Assembly (NCBI GenBank): GCA_964495875.1
Contig: CAZBWB010000001.1
Coordinates: 215,656-279,655, forward strand
Length of the DNA stretch: 64,000 nt
Origin: Candidatus Woesearchaeota archaeon
GTDB taxonomy: Archaea > Nanobdellota > Nanobdellia > Pacearchaeales > GW2011-AR1
Direction: 5' to 3'
The notes under the pieces: model-generated
The model's input: only the letters and a program-made list of their open reading frames with translations
Told to the model about the DNA's origin: nothing
Databases searched by the model: none
In this document: one piece after another, positions 9,879 to 18,604 of the stretch
Position numbering within the stretch: the first letter of the stretch is position 1
How the letters are laid out: each line of letters begins with the position of its first letter
Made by a program: the position numbers and the translations under genes

Positions 9879-10655
9879 ATGGAAAAAGTAATTGTTATAA
9901 CCTCTGGTAAAGGGGGAGTAGGAAAAACAACAACAGCAATAAATCTGGCTGCAGCCATGAATCATTTCAAAAAAGATGTGTTAATTATAGATGGAAATCT
10001 AACCACTCCTAACGTGGGTATTCATTTAAATTCCCCAGCAGTTCCTGTGAATTTAAATCATGTTATTATGAAAAAAGCAGAGCCATTTGAAGCAGTATAT
10101 GAACATGAATCAGGACTGAAAATTATGCCGTCTTCATTATCCCTAAAAGAGTTAAAAAAAATAAAACCAGAAAAAATCAAGGACTTCAAAGAAGATTTTA
10201 AAAAAATTTCTGATTATATTATTGTTGATAGTGCAGCAGGTCTTGGAGTTGAAGCAATGTCTGTTATTAACATGGCAGATGAGTTAATAATTGTTACAAA
10301 CCCAGAAATGCCTGCTATCACAGATGCATTAAAGGCAATAAAATTAGCAGAAGAAAGAAATAAGTCAGTTGTAGGAGTCATTATAACCAGAGTGAAAAAA
10401 AATGACATTGAAATGCAACCTGAATCAGTGAAAGAAATGCTGGAAGTTCCGATTCTTGGCATGATTCCTGAAGATATTTCTGTTCAAAAATCCCTAAGCC
10501 TCAAAGATGCTGTTATTCACACGCATCCAAAAAGCAAGGCATCCCGGGCATATAAAGAAATCGCGGCAAAACTTCTGGATGTTGAGTATGATTCAGACAA
10601 AGACAGGGAAAGAGTTCTTGAAATAATTCTTAAAAAACTGGGTTTGAAGAAATAA
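9879..10655 (+). CDS. minD: MinD/ParA family ATPase
   Basis: Deviant Walker A SGKGGVGKTT, DSAAG and VTNPE; C-terminal basic amphipathic segment IILKKLGLKK. Confidence 0.9.
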   Translation: MEKVIVITSGKGGVGKTTTAINLAAAMNHFKKDVLIIDGNLTTPNVGIHLNSPAVPVNLNHVIMKKAEPFEAVYEHESGLKIMPSSLSLKELKKIKPEKIKDFKEDFKKISDYIIVDSAAGLGVEAMSVINMADELIIVTNPEMPAITDALKAIKLAEERNKSVVGVIITRVKKNDIEMQPESVKEMLEVPILGMIPEDISVQKSLSLKDAVIHTHPKSKASRAYKEIAAKLLDVEYDSDKDRERVLEIILKKLGLKK

Positions 10656-10723
10656 AATCTTCCGAATTCTATTTTATCCCTTCTGTCATATACTTCCAGA
10701 CGCAATAATCCTTATAAATTTAA

Positions 10724-11029
10724 TTGATATATAAAACTCTAATGAGAATTCTAATAGGAAAGGTTGACTGGAAAAATCCCCCAAAAGAATTGCTGTTTGT
10801 AATAAACCCTATCACAGGAAAAGTTGAAAAGATTCGGGATGAAAATTTGCAGGAAGACCTTAGGATAAAGTCTCCTTTTTTAGAACTTTTTGTTTGGGGG
10901 TCTGAAACAGTAGATTTAAACTTTGGTGAACCCCCTTATTTGGAGTACGAGAGAGTAAGAGATAAATCAGAATATGAAAACCAAAATGTCCATAGATTTT
11001 TAAAATACAGACTTTCTGGGCCTGATTAA
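10724..11029 (+). CDS. hypothetical protein
   Basis: 101-aa ORF convergent with metG; no recognised motif. Confidence 0.5.
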   Translation: MIYKTLMRILIGKVDWKNPPKELLFVINPITGKVEKIRDENLQEDLRIKSPFLELFVWGSETVDLNFGEPPYLEYERVRDKSEYENQNVHRFLKYRLSGPD

Positions 11030-12393
11030 ATTTTCCTGAACAAAATCTCCCCTTTTTTAATCTTTTTTGCACTAAACTGCTTTTTAATTTTATCAGCACT
11101 TTCTGGAATAAAAGGCCAAAGCAACTCAGCAATTTTTAATATAGAATCTTTTAACTCATATAATATTTTTTTATCTTTTGTCTCCCAAGGTTTTTTATTC
11201 TGAACATACTCATTGCAGATATCAACAAAAGAAAAAATCTCATTCAATGCTTTGTCAAATTCAAAACTCTCAAAATATTTTTCAATTTTCTTATTCTCCA
11301 GTTTTTTAATTAATCTATTCCCACATTTCTCAACTCCAAACTTCTCAATCAGTCCAGAAACTCTGCTCACTAAATTCCCAAGTTTATTCGCAAGTTCATT
11401 ATTATGCCTTTTTATTAAAAGTTCTTCAGAATAATCAGAATCTTCAAAAACAGAGCATCTCAATAAAGAATATCTCACTGTATCTGAACCATATTTTTCA
11501 AGTAATTCTAACGGGTCTATTGTATTTCCTAAAGTTTTGCTTATCTTTTTTCCGCCTATATTCAGATAACCATGAACTAAAAGAGTATCTGGCAGTTCAT
11601 ATCCTGCAGATATTAAAATTGCAGGCCATATCACAGAATGAAACCAGTTGATTCCTTTTCCTATAACATGCACATTTGCAGGCCATTTTTCTTTTGCTCC
11701 GGAAATATAATTTATCAGAGCATCTATCCAGACCCAAATCTTAAAATTTTTATCTCCAGGAAAATCAATTCCCCATTTTGCATTTTTCCTACTTATGCAA
11801 ATATCCTTTAATTTCCCTTTAAGTCTGGCTAAAATTTCTCTTTTCCGGGATTCAGGAACAATATATTTTTCTGAAAATTTAATTAATTTTTCCTTATATT
11901 TGCTCAACTTAAAAAAATAAGCATCTTCAGACATATATTCTGGCTTTTTATTATGTTCAGGACACTTTCCATCGACCAAATCCTTTTCAGTTATATAACT
12001 TTCACAACCAGAGCAATAATATCCTTCATATTTTCCCTTATAAATATCTCCTTTTTTTATAATCTTGTTCAGAATTTCATTAACAACTTTTGCATGTTCC
12101 TTTGCACTTGTCCTGATAAATTTGTCATAACTTATATTTAACTTTTTAACCAATTCAAGAAAAAAGCCAGTATTTTTGTCGACGAATTGCCTGACAGGAA
12201 TTCCTGCTCTTTCTGCAGCCTGCACATTTTTCTGGGCATTCTCATCAACCCCTGTTAAAAAGAAAACATCATAACCTTTCTGCTTTTTCCATCTTGCTAA
12301 AGCATCAGCTAAAACTTTCTCAAATGCATGCCCGATGTGAGGCCTTGCATTCACATAATCAATTGCAGTGGTAATATAAAATTTCTTTGCCAT
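11026..12393 (-). CDS. metG: methionine--tRNA ligase, short single-knuckle form
   Basis: FYITTAIDYVNARPHIGH, one CxxC...CPEH knuckle, KISKT; no C-terminal dimerisation domain. Confidence 0.95.
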   Translation of the reverse strand: MAKKFYITTAIDYVNARPHIGHAFEKVLADALARWKKQKGYDVFFLTGVDENAQKNVQAAERAGIPVRQFVDKNTGFFLELVKKLNISYDKFIRTSAKEHAKVVNEILNKIIKKGDIYKGKYEGYYCSGCESYITEKDLVDGKCPEHNKKPEYMSEDAYFFKLSKYKEKLIKFSEKYIVPESRKREILARLKGKLKDICISRKNAKWGIDFPGDKNFKIWVWIDALINYISGAKEKWPANVHVIGKGINWFHSVIWPAILISAGYELPDTLLVHGYLNIGGKKISKTLGNTIDPLELLEKYGSDTVRYSLLRCSVFEDSDYSEELLIKRHNNELANKLGNLVSRVSGLIEKFGVEKCGNRLIKKLENKKIEKYFESFEFDKALNEIFSFVDICNEYVQNKKPWETKDKKILYELKDSILKIAELLWPFIPESADKIKKQFSAKKIKKGEILFRKI

Positions 12394-12430
12394 GAGAAAA
12401 ATAAAAGAATTAGATATAAAAAACTAACTA

Positions 12431-12865
12431 TTAAATTTCTCCAGAAACAATCTGGTTAACAAGAAGATTCCAACCATCCATTGTTTCTCTTCTCTGAAGT
12501 CTCCTGTCTCTTATCACAATCCCTGTATAAATATTCCTAAAATCAATTTTAACTGTTGGAGAATATATTGTAAATAAATCATAATGAAATCCATCTGACT
12601 TTTTTATAAGCCCAGAATCAATCTGTCTTCTTTCCTCAACAATCTTTAAGGCATTGCAAATCTTGCTGTTAATTATCTTAATTTCTCTTGGCTCATTAAT
12701 TAATAAAAAATTCCATCCAAATAACTGCGGAATATCGCTTTCAAGATATTTCCACCATAAAAGTTTTCTCTCAATATCCATAGATTTTAAAAAAGAAAAA
12801 GGGTATATAATATTATATATACAAAAAAGATGGTGAAAAAACTCTCGGTTAAAGAGCTCAAACAT
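12431..12865 (-). CDS. hypothetical protein (real start probably the internal MDIERK)
   Basis: ORF track; its 5' end overlaps the divergent MFS gene. Confidence 0.5.
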   Translation of the reverse strand: MFELFNREFFHHLFCIYNIIYPFSFLKSMDIERKLLWWKYLESDIPQLFGWNFLLINEPREIKIINSKICNALKIVEERRQIDSGLIKKSDGFHYDLFTIYSPTVKIDFRNIYTGIVIRDRRLQRRETMDGWNLLVNQIVSGEI

Positions 12866-14206
12866 AAAGCCAGAAGATTAAGCATAAAAGAAGGGATTTT
12901 TGCTGCAGCAAGCGGCTCTTTCGGTGACCGTTATATTTCTCCGTTTGCAATAGCAATAAATGCAAGCAATTCAGCTGTTGCATTGTTGAGTTCAATATCA
13001 GGACTTTTGGGTCCCTTAACCCAGATATTTAGCTCCAGATTAATTGAAAAATATCCTAGGAAAAAAATAATTCTAAAGGCAGTATTCATGGAAGCTCTTA
13101 CATGGATTCCTTTAGCCATTATAGCTTTTTTATTTTACAGGGGAATTTTGGTAAATTTCCTGCCATTCCTGCTTTTATTTATGTATGCAATTTATATTAT
13201 TGTTGCATATACTGCTGGACCAGCATGGTTCTCATGGATGGGAGATATTGTAGATAAAAAATTCAGAGGAAGATGGTTTTCCAAAAGGAATTTAATAGTT
13301 GGATTTGTTTCAGTAGTTTTAGCACTCATTGCTTCATTTTTCCTGAATTATTTTAAAAGAAATAACTGGACTATGTTCGGCTTCATTATTCTCTTTATTT
13401 TGGCATTTATCTTCCGAATGATGTCCTGGAATGTTTTCAAGAGAAAATATGAGCCAAAAATAAAATTAAAAAAAGGATATTATTTTTCTTTTTGGGATTT
13501 TTTAAAAAAAAGTCCAAAGACAAATTTTGGAAAATTTTCAATTTTCAGAGCATTTCTTGCTTTTACATGTTATATCTCTTCACCATTACTCGTAGTATAC
13601 TTGTTAAGATATTTGGAATTTGATTATGTTACATATATGATAATAATTCTGTCTGGTTCTGTTTTTTCTTTAATAGTTATGCAAATTTGGGGGAAGTTCG
13701 CAGACAGATACGGAAATTACAGAGTTCTGGCTATAACCTCTCTTTTAATCCCAATAATCCCAATATTATGGATTTTATCCCCCTCTCCGATTTATCTGAT
13801 ACTCATTCCTTCACTCATAAGTGGAATTTCGTGGGCAGGATTCAATCTTTCTGCAGGAAATTTCATTTATGATAATGTGAGCATACAAAAAAGGGGATTG
13901 GCTGTCTCATATTATAATATGTTTACTGGTATAGGGGTTTTTTTAGGAGCCGGACTTGGTGCATTGTTAATAAAATATCTAACAATAAATTTTATAGAAC
14001 CATTATTTTTCATATTTTTATTAGGTGGAATAACAAGAATGATTGTTGTTTTTTGTTGGATTCCAAGAATAAGAGAAATAAGAAGAACTGAAAAATTAAA
14101 TGGGACAAAGGCATTAAAAAATTTGGTCTTCAAACAGGCAAGATCAGCTCTTCTTGAAGAAGCACATGAAATCATGTCAATTAAAAGATATTTAAGATAT
14201 AAATAG
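12830..14206 (+). CDS. MFS transporter
   Basis: About 12 hydrophobic segments; motif-A-like SRLIEKYPRKK and GKFADRYGNYR. Confidence 0.9.
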   Translation: MVKKLSVKELKHKARRLSIKEGIFAAASGSFGDRYISPFAIAINASNSAVALLSSISGLLGPLTQIFSSRLIEKYPRKKIILKAVFMEALTWIPLAIIAFLFYRGILVNFLPFLLLFMYAIYIIVAYTAGPAWFSWMGDIVDKKFRGRWFSKRNLIVGFVSVVLALIASFFLNYFKRNNWTMFGFIILFILAFIFRMMSWNVFKRKYEPKIKLKKGYYFSFWDFLKKSPKTNFGKFSIFRAFLAFTCYISSPLLVVYLLRYLEFDYVTYMIIILSGSVFSLIVMQIWGKFADRYGNYRVLAITSLLIPIIPILWILSPSPIYLILIPSLISGISWAGFNLSAGNFIYDNVSIQKRGLAVSYYNMFTGIGVFLGAGLGALLIKYLTINFIEPLFFIFLLGGITRMIVVFCWIPRIREIRRTEKLNGTKALKNLVFKQARSALLEEAHEIMSIKRYLRYK

Positions 14207-14244
14207 CCCAAAATTATTTAAAGGAATTAAATTTCAAATTAAAC

Positions 14245-14889
14245 ATGTTTAAGAAGAAAGAATGCAGAAAATGCGGAAAGAAAATTAACGAAAAATACAG
14301 ATTTTGTCCTTATTGCGGTTCAACAGACAATAAATTTGATGATGAAAACTGGGGCATGCTTGGAAGAGATGATTTTATGAATCCTAACAATTTCCAGTTA
14401 CCTTCTGGATTTAACATGATATTTAATTCTTTAATGAAAAATTTAAGCAAACAATTGAATAATATGTATGATGAATCAAGAAAAAATTCTGACAGCAAAC
14501 TAAAAAAAGAGGGAATGAGTATAAGTATTTCAACTTCAGGAAATAATCCCCCCAAGATAAAGATAAATTCTTTCGGAAATGAAAAGGGAGAGATAAAAAA
14601 AATACCCGGACAATTCTCCAAGGAAAATGCAAAAAAATTTGTTTCACTTTCAAAAAAAGAGCCTAAAACAAACATAAGAAGATTATCTAATAGAGTGATT
14701 TATGAAATGGAAATCCCTAGTGTGAAGTCATTAAAGGATATATCTATAATAAAACTTGAAAACAGTATTGAAATAAAAGCCATTGGAAAAAACAAAGCAT
14801 ATTTCAAGCGAATACCTGTGAATCTGCCGATAATCAATTATGATTTATCAGAAGGAAAATTAATTCTTGAGTTTAATTTAAAAAATTAA
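14245..14889 (+). CDS. zinc-ribbon plus Hsp20/alpha-crystallin-like protein
   Basis: CRKC...CPYC N-terminus; C-terminal beta-sandwich pattern ending EGKLILEF. Confidence 0.7.
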   Translation: MFKKKECRKCGKKINEKYRFCPYCGSTDNKFDDENWGMLGRDDFMNPNNFQLPSGFNMIFNSLMKNLSKQLNNMYDESRKNSDSKLKKEGMSISISTSGNNPPKIKINSFGNEKGEIKKIPGQFSKENAKKFVSLSKKEPKTNIRRLSNRVIYEMEIPSVKSLKDISIIKLENSIEIKAIGKNKAYFKRIPVNLPIINYDLSEGKLILEFNLKN

Positions 14890-15039
14890 TGAGCCTGCAC
14901 GGATTTGAACCGTGGACCCCTACCTAGCTGAAGTTAAGATAATATCACCAATTTATCTCAACTATATCAGAATCACCTTCTGTCTAATTTTTTCATTAGG
15001 ACAGAATGTAGTGCTCTAACCAGGCTGAGCTACAGGCTC
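14890..15039 (-). tRNA. tRNA-Ile(GAT) with two introns (14972..15007 at 30/31, 36 nt; 14926..14964 at 37/38, 39 nt)
   Basis: Acceptor GAGCCTG/CAGGCTC, D-stem GCTC/GAGC, T-arm CACGG-TTCAAAT-CCGTG. Removing two BHB-bounded introns gives a 75-nt tRNA with CTACT-CTGATAA-GGTAG. Confidence 0.9.
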
Positions 15040-15065
15040 ATCTAAATTCAAAGAGATGAGAATAT

Positions 15066-15776
15066 TTATAAGTTTTGCGAATCTAAAAATTTTTGATATT
15101 TTATTTTATGCTTGGGATTCTGAGGATTAATTAATTTCATAAATCTATGAAACATCTCAACTCCCCTAATAGTTATAACATAACTTCTTTGACGATTAAA
15201 TTTTTCATTGTATAATTGAGAATAACTCGTAACTCTCAGATTATAATTATTAAATATTTTTATTAGTTGTTTGGCCAATTTTTCAGATATTGTTGTTATA
15301 TATAAGCGAGGATATAATTTATTATTTTTCTTTTCTAAATAAATTCCTCCGTCTGTATCAAAAATTCCACGAATAATTGCTTTTTTTAGTCTATCATTTA
15401 TTAGAAAAATTTTAGGAATTTCTATATCAAATTTTTTTCCCAAAGGTAATCCCAATTTTTGTTTAAATTTGATAATACAATCTTTCCAAATTTGGAATCC
15501 AAAAACCCTAGTAGAAGCCATATCCCTCAAATTAATCTTAACTCCATATAATTTTTCAAAAAGAGGTTTAATCCTTGTTATATAGTGTTCTTTATCTTCT
15601 TCTATATGGCCTCTAAGTTGATAAAAGCCTTTTAATTTACCGCTGTTGTTATAATAATTCATACTCCCGTCTCCAATATGCCAACCAATCTCTTCTGCAA
15701 GTTCAGGAGTTATTTTCATATCAAAATAATGCTCTAAGAGTTTATAAAGATTAATACACGAACTTTTAAAAACCAA
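15066..15776 (-). CDS. free-standing two-motif LAGLIDADG homing endonuclease (likely start ATG 15719)
   Basis: Motifs IGWHIGDGS and IRGIFDTDG, both acidic catalytic positions intact; no intein splicing residues. Confidence 0.88.
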   Translation of the reverse strand: MVFKSSCINLYKLLEHYFDMKITPELAEEIGWHIGDGSMNYYNNSGKLKGFYQLRGHIEEDKEHYITRIKPLFEKLYGVKINLRDMASTRVFGFQIWKDCIIKFKQKLGLPLGKKFDIEIPKIFLINDRLKKAIIRGIFDTDGGIYLEKKNNKLYPRLYITTISEKLAKQLIKIFNNYNLRVTSYSQLYNEKFNRQRSYVITIRGVEMFHRFMKLINPQNPKHKIKYQKFLDSQNL

Positions 15777-15793
15777 ATCAAGTTAGATAAATC

Positions 15794-16318
15794 ATGGCAA
15801 AAGGATTTTACCATTATATGCGGGAAGCGTGGAAAAAACCAGATAAAAAAACTCTCAGAGAGAGGATGGTTGAATGGAGAAAATCAGGTATATTCACGAA
15901 AGTGGACAAGCCATTGAGATTAGACAGGGCTCGGGCACTTGGATACAAGGATAAAAAAGGATTCGTAATAATCAGAGTTAGAATAAAAAGAGGGGGGCAT
16001 AAAAGACCCCGTCCGAATAAAGGAAGGCGAAGCAAACGCCTTCATACGAGAAAAACCTTAAGTATGAATTATAAAGGAATCGCGGAGCAGAGAGTTTCAA
16101 AAAAATACACGAATCTTGAAGTTTTAAATTCTTATATTATTGGAAAAGATGGAGTAAATTATTTTTATGAAGTAATTTGTGTGGACCCAAACAAACCTGA
16201 AATAAAAAATGATAAAACAATAAACTGGATTTGCAATCCTAAAAACAGAAAAAGAGCAATGAGAGGTTTGACAAGTGCAGGTAAAAAATCAAGAGGATTG
16301 AGAAAAAAGAGGAAATAA
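15794..16318 (+). CDS. rpl15e: 50S ribosomal protein L15e
   Basis: RLDRARALGYKDKKG, NLEVLNSY and RGLTSAGKKSRGL. Confidence 0.97.
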   Translation: MAKGFYHYMREAWKKPDKKTLRERMVEWRKSGIFTKVDKPLRLDRARALGYKDKKGFVIIRVRIKRGGHKRPRPNKGRRSKRLHTRKTLSMNYKGIAEQRVSKKYTNLEVLNSYIIGKDGVNYFYEVICVDPNKPEIKNDKTINWICNPKNRKRAMRGLTSAGKKSRGLRKKRK

Positions 16319-16352
16319 AAATTTATTTAAACTCTTGTTATAATATAATAAA

Positions 16353-16634
16353 ATGTTATCAAAAGAGCCAATTGATTTGGAAAAGATAAAAGAGGAAAAT
16401 AAAGATAAAGAGATTTTAAGATTAGGCATGATAGCAGAGCTTGATGCTGTATCTCTGTATGAACAATTAGCAGCAAGCACGAATAATAAAGACCTTAAGA
16501 AAGTTTTGTTAGACATCGCCAAAGAAGAAAAGACGCATATAGCAGAATTTGAAACCCTGCTTTTGCAAAGAGACAAGGAGCAGGTTGAAGAAAACAAAGC
16601 AGGAAAAAAAGAAGTTGAAGAACTTACAGAATAA
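16353..16634 (+). CDS. ferritin-like protein (encapsulin-associated ferritin/rubrerythrin-like half domain)
   Basis: AELDAVSLYEQ and IAKEEKTHIAEF (E..EExxH) di-iron motif in 93 aa. Confidence 0.82.
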   Translation: MLSKEPIDLEKIKEENKDKEILRLGMIAELDAVSLYEQLAASTNNKDLKKVLLDIAKEEKTHIAEFETLLLQRDKEQVEENKAGKKEVEELTE

Positions 16635-16657
16635 CTTAAAAACTTTTAATTCTTTTA

Positions 16658-16894
16658 ATGAAAAAGATGGAAATAGATTTTTTTCAGATAATCGGAGTAT
16701 TAGGTTTAATATTAATCACAATCGGGATTTTAAATAAAAAAAGAAAAATACAAAATATTTTTTATATCTTTGGAGGACTTTCTTTACTGACATACAGCAT
16801 TTACCTAAAGAATGTTATTTTTATTATACTTCAATCAATATTCTCTCTGGCAGCAGCCTATAATTTAATAAAAATTTCAAAAAAGAAAAAATGA
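16658..16894 (+). CDS. small membrane protein (about 3 TM)
   Basis: 78 aa, hydrophobic; ATGA overlap with lig. Confidence 0.65.
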   Translation: MKKMEIDFFQIIGVLGLILITIGILNKKRKIQNIFYIFGGLSLLTYSIYLKNVIFIILQSIFSLAAAYNLIKISKKKK

Positions 16895-18594
16895 GATACA
16901 AAAAATTAGCAGAGTTATATGAGGAATTATCTTCTACGACAAAACGCCTTGAAAAAATCGAAATTCTCTCTAAATTCCTGAAAGAACTAAGTGAAACAGA
17001 CAAAGAAGTTTTATATCTGTTGCTGGGAGATATTTATCCGGAATACAGCGAGAAAAAAATTGGAATAAGCAATCAGCTTGCAATTAAAGCAATATCAAAA
17101 GCAACAGGTATTGAATCGTCTCATGTTGTTAAGGAATGGAAATCGCTTGGAGATTTGGGAAAAGTTGCTGAGAAACTCACACAGAAAAAAAAGCAATCTA
17201 CCTTAAGCAGCCATATTTTAACAACAGAGAAAATCCTGCAAAATTTGAGAAAACTGCCGGAACTTGAAGGAAAAGGAACTATTGACAAAAAACTTGCATT
17301 AATAACAGAATTATTAACTTCTGCTTCTCCTGTTGAAGCATTGTATTTGGTAAGAATCCTAATCGGAGATTTGAGAATTGGAATTAAAGAAAGCACTGTC
17401 AGAGATGCTATGGCTTCTGCTTTTTTCAAAAAGGACAAAGAATCAACTGAAAAAATCCAGGATGCCATAGATAAATCAAATGACCTTGCAGAAGTATTTG
17501 ATGCAATAAAGGGGAAAGATATAAAGCACCTTAGCAAAATACATCTTGAAATCGGCAAACCAGTAAAAGTAATGCTCGCGCAAAAAGCAAAAACAATAAA
17601 AGATGGTTTTAAGGCTCTTGAAAAGCCCTGTGCAATAGAATACAAGTATGATGGCTTCAGACTGGTAATTCATAAAAAAGGCAAAAAAATTATATTATAT
17701 ACCAGACGTCTGGAAAATGTAACAAAGCAATTCCCAGAAGTTGTAGAATATATAGAAAAATATGTAAAAGGAAAGTCATGTATCCTTGATTCTGAAGCAG
17801 TTGGTTTTGATAAAAAAACAAAAGAATACAAACCTTTCCAAAACATAAGCCAGAGAATCAAAAGAAAATACCATATTGAAAAATTGCAGAAAGAGCTTCC
17901 TGTTGAGATAAATGTTTTTGATATTCTTTATTATAATGGCAAGTCTCTGTTGCATGAACCTTTCAAAACAAGAACAGCATTAATCAAAAAAATAATCAGA
18001 AATCATCCGTATAAAATAATACATGCAAAACAGATTATAACAGGAAATGAAAAAAGGGCACAAGAATTCTACAAAAAAGCGCTTAAAGACAATCAGGAAG
18101 GGGTAATGATGAAGAGCCTTGAATCAATATATCAGCCAGGCAGCAGAGTGGGGCACATGCTGAAAGTCAAACCAGAAGAGAGAGATTTTGATTTAGTGAT
18201 TACAGGAGCAGAATACGGAACAGGAAAAAGAGCCGGATGGATGAGCAGTTTTATTTTGTCATGCAAGGACAAAAAAGAATTTAAAGAAATAGGAAAAATG
18301 GGAACAGGAATTAAAGAAAAGGAAGAACAGGGAATTTCGTTTGCAGAATTGACGAAAAAACTAACACCCCTCATAACAGAGGAAAAAGGCAAGAGTGTTA
18401 AAATCAAGCCAAAAATTGTTGTTTCAGTAACATATCAGGAAATACAGAAATCTCCGAATTACAAATCTGGTTTTGCACTGAGATTTCCAAGATTTACTGC
18501 TCTGAGACCTGACAGACATCCGAGTGACATAGCGACTTTAGAGGAAATTGAAAAAGATTACAAAAAACAGAAGAGGAACTGGATGTATGGATAG
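16891..18594 (+). CDS. lig: ATP-dependent DNA ligase
   Basis: EYKYDGFR (motif I), EGVMMK, LKVK and ALRFPRF. Confidence 0.97.
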   Translation: MRYKKLAELYEELSSTTKRLEKIEILSKFLKELSETDKEVLYLLLGDIYPEYSEKKIGISNQLAIKAISKATGIESSHVVKEWKSLGDLGKVAEKLTQKKKQSTLSSHILTTEKILQNLRKLPELEGKGTIDKKLALITELLTSASPVEALYLVRILIGDLRIGIKESTVRDAMASAFFKKDKESTEKIQDAIDKSNDLAEVFDAIKGKDIKHLSKIHLEIGKPVKVMLAQKAKTIKDGFKALEKPCAIEYKYDGFRLVIHKKGKKIILYTRRLENVTKQFPEVVEYIEKYVKGKSCILDSEAVGFDKKTKEYKPFQNISQRIKRKYHIEKLQKELPVEINVFDILYYNGKSLLHEPFKTRTALIKKIIRNHPYKIIHAKQIITGNEKRAQEFYKKALKDNQEGVMMKSLESIYQPGSRVGHMLKVKPEERDFDLVITGAEYGTGKRAGWMSSFILSCKDKKEFKEIGKMGTGIKEKEEQGISFAELTKKLTPLITEEKGKSVKIKPKIVVSVTYQEIQKSPNYKSGFALRFPRFTALRPDRHPSDIATLEEIEKDYKKQKRNWMYG

Positions 18595-18604
18595 AAAAAA
18601 GGAA

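Noticed and set aside
15066-15776. Intein interpretation of the LAGLIDADG gene
   Set aside because: No host extein, no N-terminal Cys/Ser block A, and no C-terminal His-Asn.
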